This document shows, one piece after another, positions 9,030 through 17,218 of a stretch of DNA of 64,000 nucleotides. The position numbers and the translations under genes were made by a program. Each line of letters starts with the position of its first letter. The first letter of the stretch is position 1. The stretch spans positions 1-64,000 of IMG/VR virus record IMGVR_UViG_3300048796_000029. One strand, written 5' to 3'. This DNA comes from a virus. Lineage: Duplodnaviria; Caudoviricetes. Below the pieces are notes generated by a model. The model saw nothing but the letters and a program-made list of their open reading frames with translations. It was not told the origin of the DNA and did not search any database.

Positions 9030-9264
9030 AAACTACTCATTACAAATGAGTTATTGGGTCACTCTGTAGTGATGCAGATGTGAGAATTTTCTCTGATTGA
9101 CTTGGAAGCTGAAATGGCTAACAGGGGGCAAGCGAAAGCAGCCTGAACGACTAAGTGAGAAAACATCTGGAAACAGATGATGCGATAGTCTGACCTGCAT
9201 GGAATAACAACATGCAGAGGTAAGCAGAAATGACTTGCCTCGGCGAAAGCCGATAACAACGGTG
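9030..9264 (+). mobile_element. Group I intron 2 of portal (235 nt, no ORF)
   Basis: Core nearly identical to intron 1; IGS UAUU-GGGU pairs both exons; terminal G; restores LEP|NVQRF. Confidence 0.88.
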
Positions 9265-11136
9265 AATGTCCAGAGATTTACGGTCGCTAAAGTTTGTAAC
9301 GCGGTAGTTCCTCAACTGTATAAAGGGCTTTTCTATGCCGACCCTCCTATGCTGCTGCGCCCGCGCCCCGGAACCACCCAAGATGTTGTGGACGGCAAAT
9401 CCGCACTGTTCTCTTACCTACTCGACGAATGCCGCTTCAAGACGGAGACGAAGTGGGGACTCGAACAGATGGCTTGCCTCGGCACTGGCATCTGGAAATG
9501 GGGCATCGTCTACAAGAAAGTTGTGACGACCAAGCGCCAAGCCACGGTTACCAACGTGACGACCGGGCCGGACGGCGCACCAACGAATACCGTACTGCCT
9601 ACAGACGACCTACCGAAGATCACGACAACAGAGCGCGTTGTACCCCGCCCGTTCTTTGAGTCGCGGCCACTGAGCCACGTCCTCGTCGATCCTAAGTGCC
9701 CGGTTGGAGACATCCGACAGGCCGACTTCGTAGCAGACGTTCGCTACCTGAATTTTTACGAACTGGACACGATCCGCGAAGCTCTCTCAGAGCTACCGGA
9801 CGATCACCCAGACAAGAAGGGCTGGAATCTTCCGAAGTCTTCGGAGGAGTTGAAGCAGTGGTGGATGCCACCTACTGACAGCGGCCCGCAGTTGCTTTCG
9901 AGTGAAGGTGCAACCTACATCGACGGTGCTGTGTATCATGCGCAGAAAGTTAGCATCGAGGTAACCCCGGACGTACTCTTCGCAAAGAAAGAGGTTCTGG
10001 AATACTGGGATCGCAAGCGCAAGATCATGGTCATCGACCGTGCCAAGGTAATCTTCTCTGGCGACAATCCATTCGGCGTCATCCCGTTCCTTTCAGCGAA
10101 CTGGTGGAATAGACCGAAGGCGTTCTACGGCATGGGACTCGGCCTCATCGTCGGACAGAACCAACGTGTCGATCAGGGAACGATCAACGCCATCCTCAAG
10201 ATTTTGTCTTTCGGCGTCAACCCGATCTACCTGCGCAAGAGGGACACCAATAACCCCACGCAGATGATTCGGACTGGCCTCGGAAAGATTCTCAGCGTTG
10301 ACGGAGAAGTCGAAAAGGCTTACAAGCTCATGGACACCCCCAAGGTGCCCGGCGATATCTGGTCGGCGTTGAAAGAGTCCGAGACAGCAACCGAAAGCGC
10401 GTCAGGCGCAGACCAAGCTCTTGTGCAAGGTTCAAGCGCAGGGCCGCGTAGCTCTATGGGGCGCACGGCTGGCGGAGCAAGTCTGCTGGCAGGAGCGAGC
10501 GCTACCCGACTCGATGGCCCGCTCGACAACTTCATCGAACAGGTGTTCAAGCCGTTCTTGTACATCCTCGACGATCTAATCATGCGGTACCTGTCCGACG
10601 CTGAGATCAGTGCAATCCTCGGCGACGAGATGAGCAAGGATTACGAACTCGACCTAGACGCCTTCCACAAGGCCCGTATCGAGTACGAAGTCTTGGCTGG
10701 ATCAAGCCTCGCCGCGAAGCGGACGATGGCGCAGTCGTTGACCCTCATCACCCAGATTTTCGAGAACCCCGCCATTCAGCAGAACCTCGCTGAGATCAAC
10801 GGCGAGTACATCGACTTCAAGCCCATCGTTTCGATGTGGATGGAAGCCTCTGAGTGGAAGAACAAAAACGACATCATCAAGCCACTCACCCCTGAGATGA
10901 AGGCCAAGCAGCAGGCTCAGTCGCAGCAGGCGCAAGCGCAATCGAAGGCAGCAGTAACTCAGCAATCCAACCAGCAGAAGTTTCAGCAGAAGTCCCAGCT
11001 TGAAGATCAGGCAACTGATAACCGTATCCGGCGCGACATCGTACGCGAGGCGTTCCGAGACAACGGTATGAGCGAGGCAACTGAGGGCACTCCCGCAAGC
11101 GGTGGACTTGAAGGAATGCAGCCTAGCGTCCAGTAA
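9265..11136 (+). CDS. Portal protein exon 3 (spliced product predicted at 701 aa)
   Basis: Size and position after terL; FYGMG segment and Gln-rich C-terminal tail resemble P22-like portals. Confidence 0.8.
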   Translation, partial: NVQRFTVAKVCNAVVPQLYKGLFYADPPMLLRPRPGTTQDVVDGKSALFSYLLDECRFKTETKWGLEQMACLGTGIWKWGIVYKKVVTTKRQATVTNVTTGPDGAPTNTVLPTDDLPKITTTERVVPRPFFESRPLSHVLVDPKCPVGDIRQADFVADVRYLNFYELDTIREALSELPDDHPDKKGWNLPKSSEELKQWWMPPTDSGPQLLSSEGATYIDGAVYHAQKVSIEVTPDVLFAKKEVLEYWDRKRKIMVIDRAKVIFSGDNPFGVIPFLSANWWNRPKAFYGMGLGLIVGQNQRVDQGTINAILKILSFGVNPIYLRKRDTNNPTQMIRTGLGKILSVDGEVEKAYKLMDTPKVPGDIWSALKESETATESASGADQALVQGSSAGPRSSMGRTAGGASLLAGASATRLDGPLDNFIEQVFKPFLYILDDLIMRYLSDAEISAILGDEMSKDYELDLDAFHKARIEYEVLAGSSLAAKRTMAQSLTLITQIFENPAIQQNLAEINGEYIDFKPIVSMWMEASEWKNKNDIIKPLTPEMKAKQQAQSQQAQAQSKAAVTQQSNQQKFQQKSQLEDQATDNRIRRDIVREAFRDNGMSEATEGTPASGGLEGMQPSVQ

Positions 11137-11199
11137 AGAACTGCCCGGTTTGGATGGGGTTCCGGCTTATCAAAAATCCCCATATGCTTAGGAGAGAGC

Positions 11200-11595
11200 A
11201 TGGCCTTTGAACCAGTAATTGAACTGACCGACTTCGAGCGCGGAGAGTTAGCGCAAACATGCGCAACGCCCGGCTTCAAGATTATCCACAAAATCTTGCG
11301 GAGTGAAGTAGACAAGTTCGTGGTAGCACACATGAACACTCCTGTGGAGGATGAGAAGCTGGCCTATGCCCGCTTCGTGCAGTCAAAGACGGCAGCCCAG
11401 ATTTATCAAGGCATGGCCGACCGCATCAACTTAGAGTTGACCGTAGCGGTAGCGCGAAGTAAGGAAGGGCAGACGGAAACTGTAGGCGATTCGACAGAGG
11501 GTCTACTTGACCTCGGAGAGATCGCATCGAGCGATGTACCAAACCTTCTCGGCGAGTACCGAGAGGATGACGCGCTGGAGGGCGCACATAAATGA
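11200..11595 (+). CDS. Hypothetical protein (head module)
   Basis: AGGAG RBS; between portal and scaffold. Confidence 0.75.
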   Translation: MAFEPVIELTDFERGELAQTCATPGFKIIHKILRSEVDKFVVAHMNTPVEDEKLAYARFVQSKTAAQIYQGMADRINLELTVAVARSKEGQTETVGDSTEGLLDLGEIASSDVPNLLGEYREDDALEGAHK

Positions 11596-12686
11596 CCATA
11601 GAAATTGAACAGCGTTCCCCGGAGGAAATTGCTTTACTCGCACAGGCAGGGCTTCAGCCTGACGGAGTTACTCCTCTTGAATCGGTGTCAGATACAGTGC
11701 CAAGCGTAGAAGCAATTCCTGCCATCGAACAGGCTCTAGAACCTGTAGTTTTGGAATATCGCTATCAGCCCAAAGATGAAGCTGGCCGCCCTATGGGTGG
11801 ACAGCAAGTTATCAAGTACACGACCCACGAAGAGCTTGCAGACAAGCTCCGCGACAACAGCATTCTGCTTCTGCGAAAGCTCCGTTTGGAGACGCGCAAC
11901 AATCGCCTAGGCATCACGAATGACGAGGAGATCGCCGACACAGCACCGCGCTACACGCCCGCCGTGGAGTTCAAGCCGCGTGATCTGACGCAGGAGCAAC
12001 GTGCAAAGCTGTCCCGTGATCTTCTCGATCCCGACACCTTCGACCAAGCAGCAGACGAGTTGCTCGAAGCCCGCATCGGCGCAAAGCCGACAGTGCTTGC
12101 GAACACCGTCAATCAGCTTCAGCAGGAGAGCTATCGCCAGAAGGCGTTTGCCGAATCCGAAGCGTTCATGAACTCTAACCCGGACTTCTATCGGTGCGAA
12201 GAGAACGGCATGGCTATCACTAGCTGGTTGGTGCGCTACAAACTAGCCCCTGTGCGCGAGAATTTCCAGAAGGCTTATGCAACCCTGAAAGCCGCTGGAG
12301 TCCTCATTGAAGCCGCCGCTCCGCCGCCGCCCGCGCCCGAGGTAGTCATTCCTCCTCCAGCGCCCGTAGTGGTACCGCCCCCGCCGCCAGCGCCCGAACC
12401 TGTAGTTGAGACGCCGCCAGCGCCGCCCGCCCCGACACCCCGTGCCGGAATCGGAAGCGGTCTGACCCGCGACAACGCATCAGCACCGGGAGTCATCCCA
12501 GCGCGTCCCGCAGGCGATGACATCGTGTACGAGGAAGCCCTACCGGGCGGCCAAGTACGCCGATGGACGGGCCTACAGGCAATCGACCGGATGCCGTCTG
12601 AGATTTACAAGCACCGCCTCAAGACGGAGCGTGACTTCGCAGGCAAGGTGGACAAGCTCGAAGCCGGACGCGGAAAGAAGAAGTAA
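11592..12686 (+). CDS. Probable capsid scaffolding protein
   Basis: Upstream of the capsid gene; helical acidic body plus a long Pro-rich linker. Confidence 0.6.
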   Translation: MTIEIEQRSPEEIALLAQAGLQPDGVTPLESVSDTVPSVEAIPAIEQALEPVVLEYRYQPKDEAGRPMGGQQVIKYTTHEELADKLRDNSILLLRKLRLETRNNRLGITNDEEIADTAPRYTPAVEFKPRDLTQEQRAKLSRDLLDPDTFDQAADELLEARIGAKPTVLANTVNQLQQESYRQKAFAESEAFMNSNPDFYRCEENGMAITSWLVRYKLAPVRENFQKAYATLKAAGVLIEAAAPPPPAPEVVIPPPAPVVVPPPPPAPEPVVETPPAPPAPTPRAGIGSGLTRDNASAPGVIPARPAGDDIVYEEALPGGQVRRWTGLQAIDRMPSEIYKHRLKTERDFAGKVDKLEAGRGKKK

Positions 12687-12823
12687 TGGAAATTTCTTGC
12701 AGCAAATGCAAGCGTACTTTCGGCGTTGAGCCGGACGATGTGCATGGCCGCGTGGTGAACAAGAAAGCCACCAGCGTTATGCAATGCCCGTGCGGGAACC
12801 ATCTGTTCCCGGCAACGAAATAA
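12686..12823 (+). CDS. Small Zn-ribbon protein (CSKC...CPC)
   Basis: TAATG coupling; MEISCSKCKRTFG...MQCPCGNHLF. Confidence 0.55.
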   Translation: MEISCSKCKRTFGVEPDDVHGRVVNKKATSVMQCPCGNHLFPATK

Positions 12824-13158
12824 AACTGCCCGGTGAAATTCCGGGTGCTACCCGTGTCTCGGGCCTAAACAGACATTCCGCTGGTCACGGCGATTCTCGT
12901 GCATTAGGCGGCCCTCCTATGCGGGGGCCGTCTACTATTTGAATTTGGAAGTTGGATCAAGACGGTGGATTACCGTGACTGATCCCCTAGTATGTGCTGA
13001 GGAAGTTTTCGATCTGAGACCCTGATCGAACGACAGAAACCAACGGTCGGATTACCGTTGCGCGGAGTCGAGTGCCATAAAGGGCGATACGCAAGAGAGA
13101 CGCTTCTGGAGGGAAGTCGGCAACCTCGTATCACGTTTCAGGAAGTAAAGGAATCACA

Positions 13159-13224
13159 ATGGCATACACTCCTGCTGGAAACGTCCAGTCAAACCTCCCT
13201 CAGTCCACCGTCAAGTTCTACGAT
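13159..13224 (+). CDS. Major capsid protein exon 1 (22 codons)
   Basis: AAGGA RBS; MAYTPAGNVQSNLPQSTVKFYD joins KKFRENL. Confidence 0.82.
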
Positions 13225-13450
13225 AAACGATAACCTTGTCGTAGTAAAACCTTCTCTGATTGACTTGGAAGCTGAAATGGCTAACAGGGCGCAAGCAATG
13301 CTTGACAAAAGCAACGCAGCGTGAGAGACTAAGTGAGAGGGCGTGAATTGATAACAATTCATGATGCGATAGTCCGAACATACGGGAATAACAACCGTAT
13401 GAGATCAGCAGAAATGACCTGATCCGTGCTCTGAAGCACGTAACACATTG
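13225..13450 (+). mobile_element. Group I intron A of capsid gene (226 nt, no ORF)
   Basis: P1 CTACGAT/GTCGTAG with U.G; shared core block; P7 GACTA/TAGTC; ends TAACACATTG. Confidence 0.88.
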
Positions 13451-14284
13451 AAGAAGTTTCGAGAGAACCTCAAGGCTCAAACACCTTTCATCGCCTGTTC
13501 CGAACGTCTCGATCTGCCCACCAAGAGTGGTAATCAGTACGAGATGTTCATGTACGTTCCGCTGGCTGCAAATCAGGCGCAGACCACGGAAGGTTCAGTG
13601 GGCAACAGTATCACCGTAAACGTTCTCCAGACCACCGCAACTATCGGAGAATACGCAGATTACGCCAACTTCTCCTCGCTGTCTCTGGCAACCGCCATCG
13701 ACAACACTGTCGAGAATGTGGCCCGCGAAATGTCCTACCGTCTGGGCGAGAGCCTGAGCGGTCTGGTTCGCGCAACTGCGGACGGTGCAAACGCGGTTGA
13801 CCCCAGCGTTCTCATCGCTCTCCCGGCAGCTTCGACTTCCAGCTTCACGACTCTCAGCCTGACCGAGATTCGTAACGCTGTCCAGTCCCTCGCTGGTCGT
13901 TCTGTGCGTCCGTACGACGAAGCATCCAAGGCATTCTGCGGTGTAATCCACCCGTTTGCTCTGGGCGACGTTCTTGCGGATACCGCGAACAACGCACCAA
14001 TCGACATCCTCAAGCACACTCCGGTGGGCCTTGCCAAGATGGAAGACCTCCTGAGCACCGACTTGACCGAGATGATCGAACTGCCTAGCTCTGGAGTTCA
14101 CTTCTTCCAGACGAATCAGGTCACCACGACCACGAACTACAAGGGCGTGGCTGGTCTGACGGCACTCCGTACCTACATCTTCGGGCGTGATGGCATCTAC
14201 AGCATCAAGCTCGGCGCTCAGGGCGACACGGAGTTCGGTGACGGCGAGTGGCAGAACATCAACTGCAACATCGTTCAGAACGCT
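13451..14284 (+). CDS. Major capsid protein exon 2 (278 codons)
   Basis: Follows the scaffold; EYADYANFSSL and HP motifs resemble P22/N4-gp56-type coat proteins. Confidence 0.82.
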
Positions 14285-14335
14285 ATACAGTAGGTTTGGC
14301 GTTCTTTTGAAGTTGTGTGGTAACCGTCCTAAATG
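14285..14335 (+). mobile_element. 51-nt core-less group I-like mini-intron B in capsid gene
   Basis: In-frame TAG (14291-14293); IGS 14290-14305 pairs 8 bp with each flanking exon; U.G at the 5' site; TAAC motif; terminal G; removal joins QNA|EPTVAD. Confidence 0.75.
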
Positions 14336-14416
14336 GAACCTACGGTTGCCGATCCCGAGGGGCTGATCCCCGGTTGGACTTCTTACAGAGTCCACTTCAC
14401 AACTTCGCTCGGCCCT
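14336..14416 (+). CDS. Major capsid protein exon 3 (27 codons)
   Basis: EPTVADPEGLIPGWTSYRVHFTTSLGP, with codon style like exon 2. Confidence 0.75.
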
Positions 14417-14643
14417 AAATGCTAAGTATTGGGGCGAGTAATAAACCTTCTCTGATTGACTTGGAAGCTGAAATGGCTAACAGGGGGCAAGCGCGGATGA
14501 AAATCCAAGCAGCCTGAGAGACTAAGTGAGAGGGAACCTGATAAGCACAGGTTATGCGATAGTCCGATCTTGCAGGAATAAAAACTGCAAGAGGTAGGCA
14601 GAAATGTCCTACCTCAGTGACGTAAGTTACTGATAACAATTTG
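14417..14643 (+). mobile_element. Group I intron C of capsid gene (227 nt, no ORF)
   Basis: P1 CTCGGCCCT/GGGGCGAG; P10 GTATT/GATAC; shared core; terminal G. Confidence 0.88.
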
Positions 14644-14694
14644 GATACGACCATCAGAATCCGCGAAATCGACGCCGCAAGCGCGATCAGCTAA
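14644..14694 (+). CDS. Major capsid protein exon 4 (spliced product predicted at 343 aa)
   Basis: DTTIRIREIDAASAIS-stop completes the frame. Confidence 0.75.
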   Translation, partial: DTTIRIREIDAASAIS

Positions 14695-14710
14695 TTGTTC
14701 ACAACAGGTC

Positions 14711-14739
14711 TTGACAAAACACTCATTGTTTGGTACAAT
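14711..14739 (+). promoter_or_regulatory. sigma70-type promoter for the HNH gene
   Basis: TTGACA-17 nt-TACAAT; ATG 7 nt downstream suggests a leaderless or short-leader mRNA. Confidence 0.75.
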
Positions 14740-14745
14740 GTAATA

Positions 14746-15267
14746 ATGAGAAAACTAGACCTAGCAGGAAAACAATACGGAAGGCTGACACTTGTAAAAG
14801 TTGTCGGTGTGAATAAGGCAAAACAGAGAGTGTGGGAATGCGCTTGCGAGTGCGGTAAAACGCATATCGCGGCGCAAGGCCACCTCACAAAAGGTAAGGT
14901 CACCAGTTGTGGTTGCTTCCGAAAGGAACGCGCAACCACACATGGGATGACTCGCACCCCGGAATGGTTTGCTTACCAACACGCGAAGTCTCGGTGCCAA
15001 CCGGGACATGAATGTCATGAGCATTACTTTGATCGAGGTATAACTTTTGGGTTTACCTCCTTCATGGAGTTCTTTTCCGAGATAGGCTTACGCCCATCGA
15101 AGAAGCACTCCGTAGACCGTATCGACAACGATAGGGGATACGAACGGGGTAATGTTCGCTGGGCTACAAAATCCCAGCAAGAGCGTAACCGTAGATGTGA
15201 CAACTGCTGTGAACTAAAAAGCAGGATAGCAGAGCTTGAGAAGCGCATTCTCGAACTGACTAAGTAG
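14746..15267 (+). CDS. HNH homing endonuclease
   Basis: DLAGKQYGRLT...WECACECG; HSVDRIDNDRGYERGNVRWAT. Confidence 0.88.
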   Translation: MRKLDLAGKQYGRLTLVKVVGVNKAKQRVWECACECGKTHIAAQGHLTKGKVTSCGCFRKERATTHGMTRTPEWFAYQHAKSRCQPGHECHEHYFDRGITFGFTSFMEFFSEIGLRPSKKHSVDRIDNDRGYERGNVRWATKSQQERNRRCDNCCELKSRIAELEKRILELTK

Positions 15268-15288
15268 TATCTACACCATAATCATGAG

Positions 15289-15321
15289 AGGGGCAGGCTT
15301 CGGCTTGTCCCTTTTTATTTT
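15289..15321 (+). terminator. Intrinsic terminator
   Basis: AGGGGCAGGC-TTCG-GCTTGTCCCT followed by a T-tract. Confidence 0.7.
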
Positions 15322-15354
15322 GGTGTGTAGCTTCGTTTTTGAAAGGACGAACAC

Positions 15355-15621
15355 ATGAGTTTAGCAACCACAGTATTCAGCGGAGCGCCTACTAGCGCTG
15401 TGAATGCCTCGTCTCGTCAGGCCAACCTCGGCCTCGATCAGGACAGCGGCACCCTGTACTACACAGGGCCAGCAACTACCGGATGGCAGAAAGTAGCCGC
15501 AGGCACAACCACGGGCTTCAGCGGGACTATCGTTACCGCGCAGCTTACGCCTAGCACTGGCACGCAGGGTTCCATCACTGTTGTGAACGGTGTCATTACG
15601 GCAGTCGTAGCGGCTACCTAA
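15355..15621 (+). CDS. Small virion/decoration-like protein
   Basis: AAGGA RBS; Thr/Gly/Ala-rich beta-type sequence. Confidence 0.6.
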   Translation: MSLATTVFSGAPTSAVNASSRQANLGLDQDSGTLYYTGPATTGWQKVAAGTTTGFSGTIVTAQLTPSTGTQGSITVVNGVITAVVAAT

Positions 15622-15651
15622 TAGGCAACGCTTCATAAGGAGATTTCAAAC

Positions 15652-16824
15652 ATGGCATCATATCCTGCTGCAACCACGGGTCTCGGTGTAGCCGCAAACA
15701 TTTTGGTTCAGGGCAACATTCATCCGGGTAACCCTAACCCCGGATACAATGAAGTGTTCCTGTCCCTTGCGGGCACCGATGGGCCTACGACTTTTCAACT
15801 CAACCCCGCAGTTGTTGACGTAGCTGGGACGCCTGTACCTGCGGGTACGGTGTACGTTCTGTCTGCCGTCGCAGCTTCTACTATCGGCGTTCTCACTCTC
15901 ACAGGTGTAGCAGCCGCGTCAGCGGGTGTGGCGGCTTACGCAGGTACGTTCTCTGGCGGCGGCAGCAATGCTTATGTCGGTGACACGTTCACCGTGGCAG
16001 GCTTCACCAATCCTCTGAACAATGGATCGTTCATCTGTACCGCTTCTACCACGTCGGCTCTGACACTGGAGAACCCGCTGGCAGTCGCTCAGACTCAGGC
16101 TGCTACGGCAACCCCTGAGCAGGGCACGGCTGTTTACACCGGCACGTTCACCGGAGCTACCACGGGTAGCCTCGTTGGACAGACGCTCAATGTGGCTGGA
16201 TTCGTGGCTGCCAACAACAACGGATCGTTCCTCGTCACCGCGAATAGCGGTGCGACCACGGTCACGCTGACCAACCCCGTTGCCACCGCAGTTACGGCGG
16301 CAGGCACGGCGACCGCAGAGGAACCCGGAACGGAATACGTTTTGTCGGCTGTAGGAAACGCCTCGGCGGGTTCTACTGTCTACACGGGAACCTTCACCGG
16401 AGCTACCACTGGTAGTCTCGTTGGGAAAACCTTCACCGCAACCGGATTTGTGACGGCTGCAAACAACGGCTCGTTCGTCATCACCGCTAACAGCGGCACA
16501 ACCACCGTCACCGTGAACAATGCGGCGGGTGTGGCTGTGACGGCGGCTGGGTCTGCATTTATCACCAGTGGGCTTGACGATCAGTTGACCTACGTGGCTT
16601 ATGGCGCACGGAACGTCTCGGCGACTGCACCTACTGGCGCAGTTGTTGCGACAGTATCGGCGAGTGGTCTCATCACCGCCGTGACCACGGGTCGCACCAC
16701 CGTTGAAACGTCCTTTCCTACCTTCAACAACACCATCGGAGACATTGTGTCCCCCGGCAACATCATGAACGGGCTTCCCGTCAACAAGGTGTACTCGGAG
16801 ACCAAAGTTACCGTAGGCCCGTAA
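15652..16824 (+). CDS. Virion structural protein with three internal beta-rich repeats and an Ig-like C-terminus
   Basis: Repeats YTGTFTGATTGSLVG...GFV.A.NNGSF..TANSG; VATVSASGLITAV is typical of Ig-like (Big_2) domains. Confidence 0.7.
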   Translation: MASYPAATTGLGVAANILVQGNIHPGNPNPGYNEVFLSLAGTDGPTTFQLNPAVVDVAGTPVPAGTVYVLSAVAASTIGVLTLTGVAAASAGVAAYAGTFSGGGSNAYVGDTFTVAGFTNPLNNGSFICTASTTSALTLENPLAVAQTQAATATPEQGTAVYTGTFTGATTGSLVGQTLNVAGFVAANNNGSFLVTANSGATTVTLTNPVATAVTAAGTATAEEPGTEYVLSAVGNASAGSTVYTGTFTGATTGSLVGKTFTATGFVTAANNGSFVITANSGTTTVTVNNAAGVAVTAAGSAFITSGLDDQLTYVAYGARNVSATAPTGAVVATVSASGLITAVTTGRTTVETSFPTFNNTIGDIVSPGNIMNGLPVNKVYSETKVTVGP

Positions 16825-16891
16825 CAAGAACTAAAGTGGGTGGGGCGTCCTAGTGGCGCTCCGCCTTCTGCTTTGAGCGTGGAGGCGCAAA

Positions 16892-17218
16892 ATGAGCACA
16901 CCGAATTTTGAAGAAGAAGAAGAGCGAAGTATACGCGCAAACAATCGCGTGTTGCGCATTTCCAATAGAAAGATCAGAGAGCGCGAACGCGAAGAGCGCG
17001 AACGCGCGGACGCACTTTACTACGCACTGCTTGAGGCAGACGGTAGTCGAGATGCAGCAATCGAGGCATTCGGGAAACTCTGGGGGAGCGGTGAGTTCGA
17101 TTGTGGCCCAGAGGACGTGGAACTTATCGTCGAGGAGTGCCTGACAGCCGTCAGGATGCTCAAAGCCGCACGAACCCAGCCCGCTGCGCAAGTTTCATGT
17201 GAGCCGAACGAAGCCTGA
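16892..17218 (+). CDS. Hypothetical protein
   Basis: GGAGG RBS. Confidence 0.65.
   Translation: MSTPNFEEEEERSIRANNRVLRISNRKIREREREERERADALYYALLEADGSRDAAIEAFGKLWGSGEFDCGPEDVELIVEECLTAVRMLKAARTQPAAQVSCEPNEA

Noticed and set aside
9235-9264. ORF-track start of portal (MPRRKPITTV) and TTG start of capsid at 13448
   Set aside because: Both lie inside intron sequence; upstream exons with good RBSs supply the real starts.
14285-14335. Ribosomal bypass (T4 gene 60-like hop) as the explanation for the 51-nt gap
   Set aside because: No matching take-off and landing codons in frame (GCT, ATA or CAG do not recur before GAA), whereas P1, P10 and omega-G fit exactly.
8746-14643. Repeated 38-nt block read as a CRISPR array or simple repeat
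   Set aside because: Copies are far apart and irregularly spaced, each embedded in a group I fold; there is no repeat-spacer periodicity and no cas gene.
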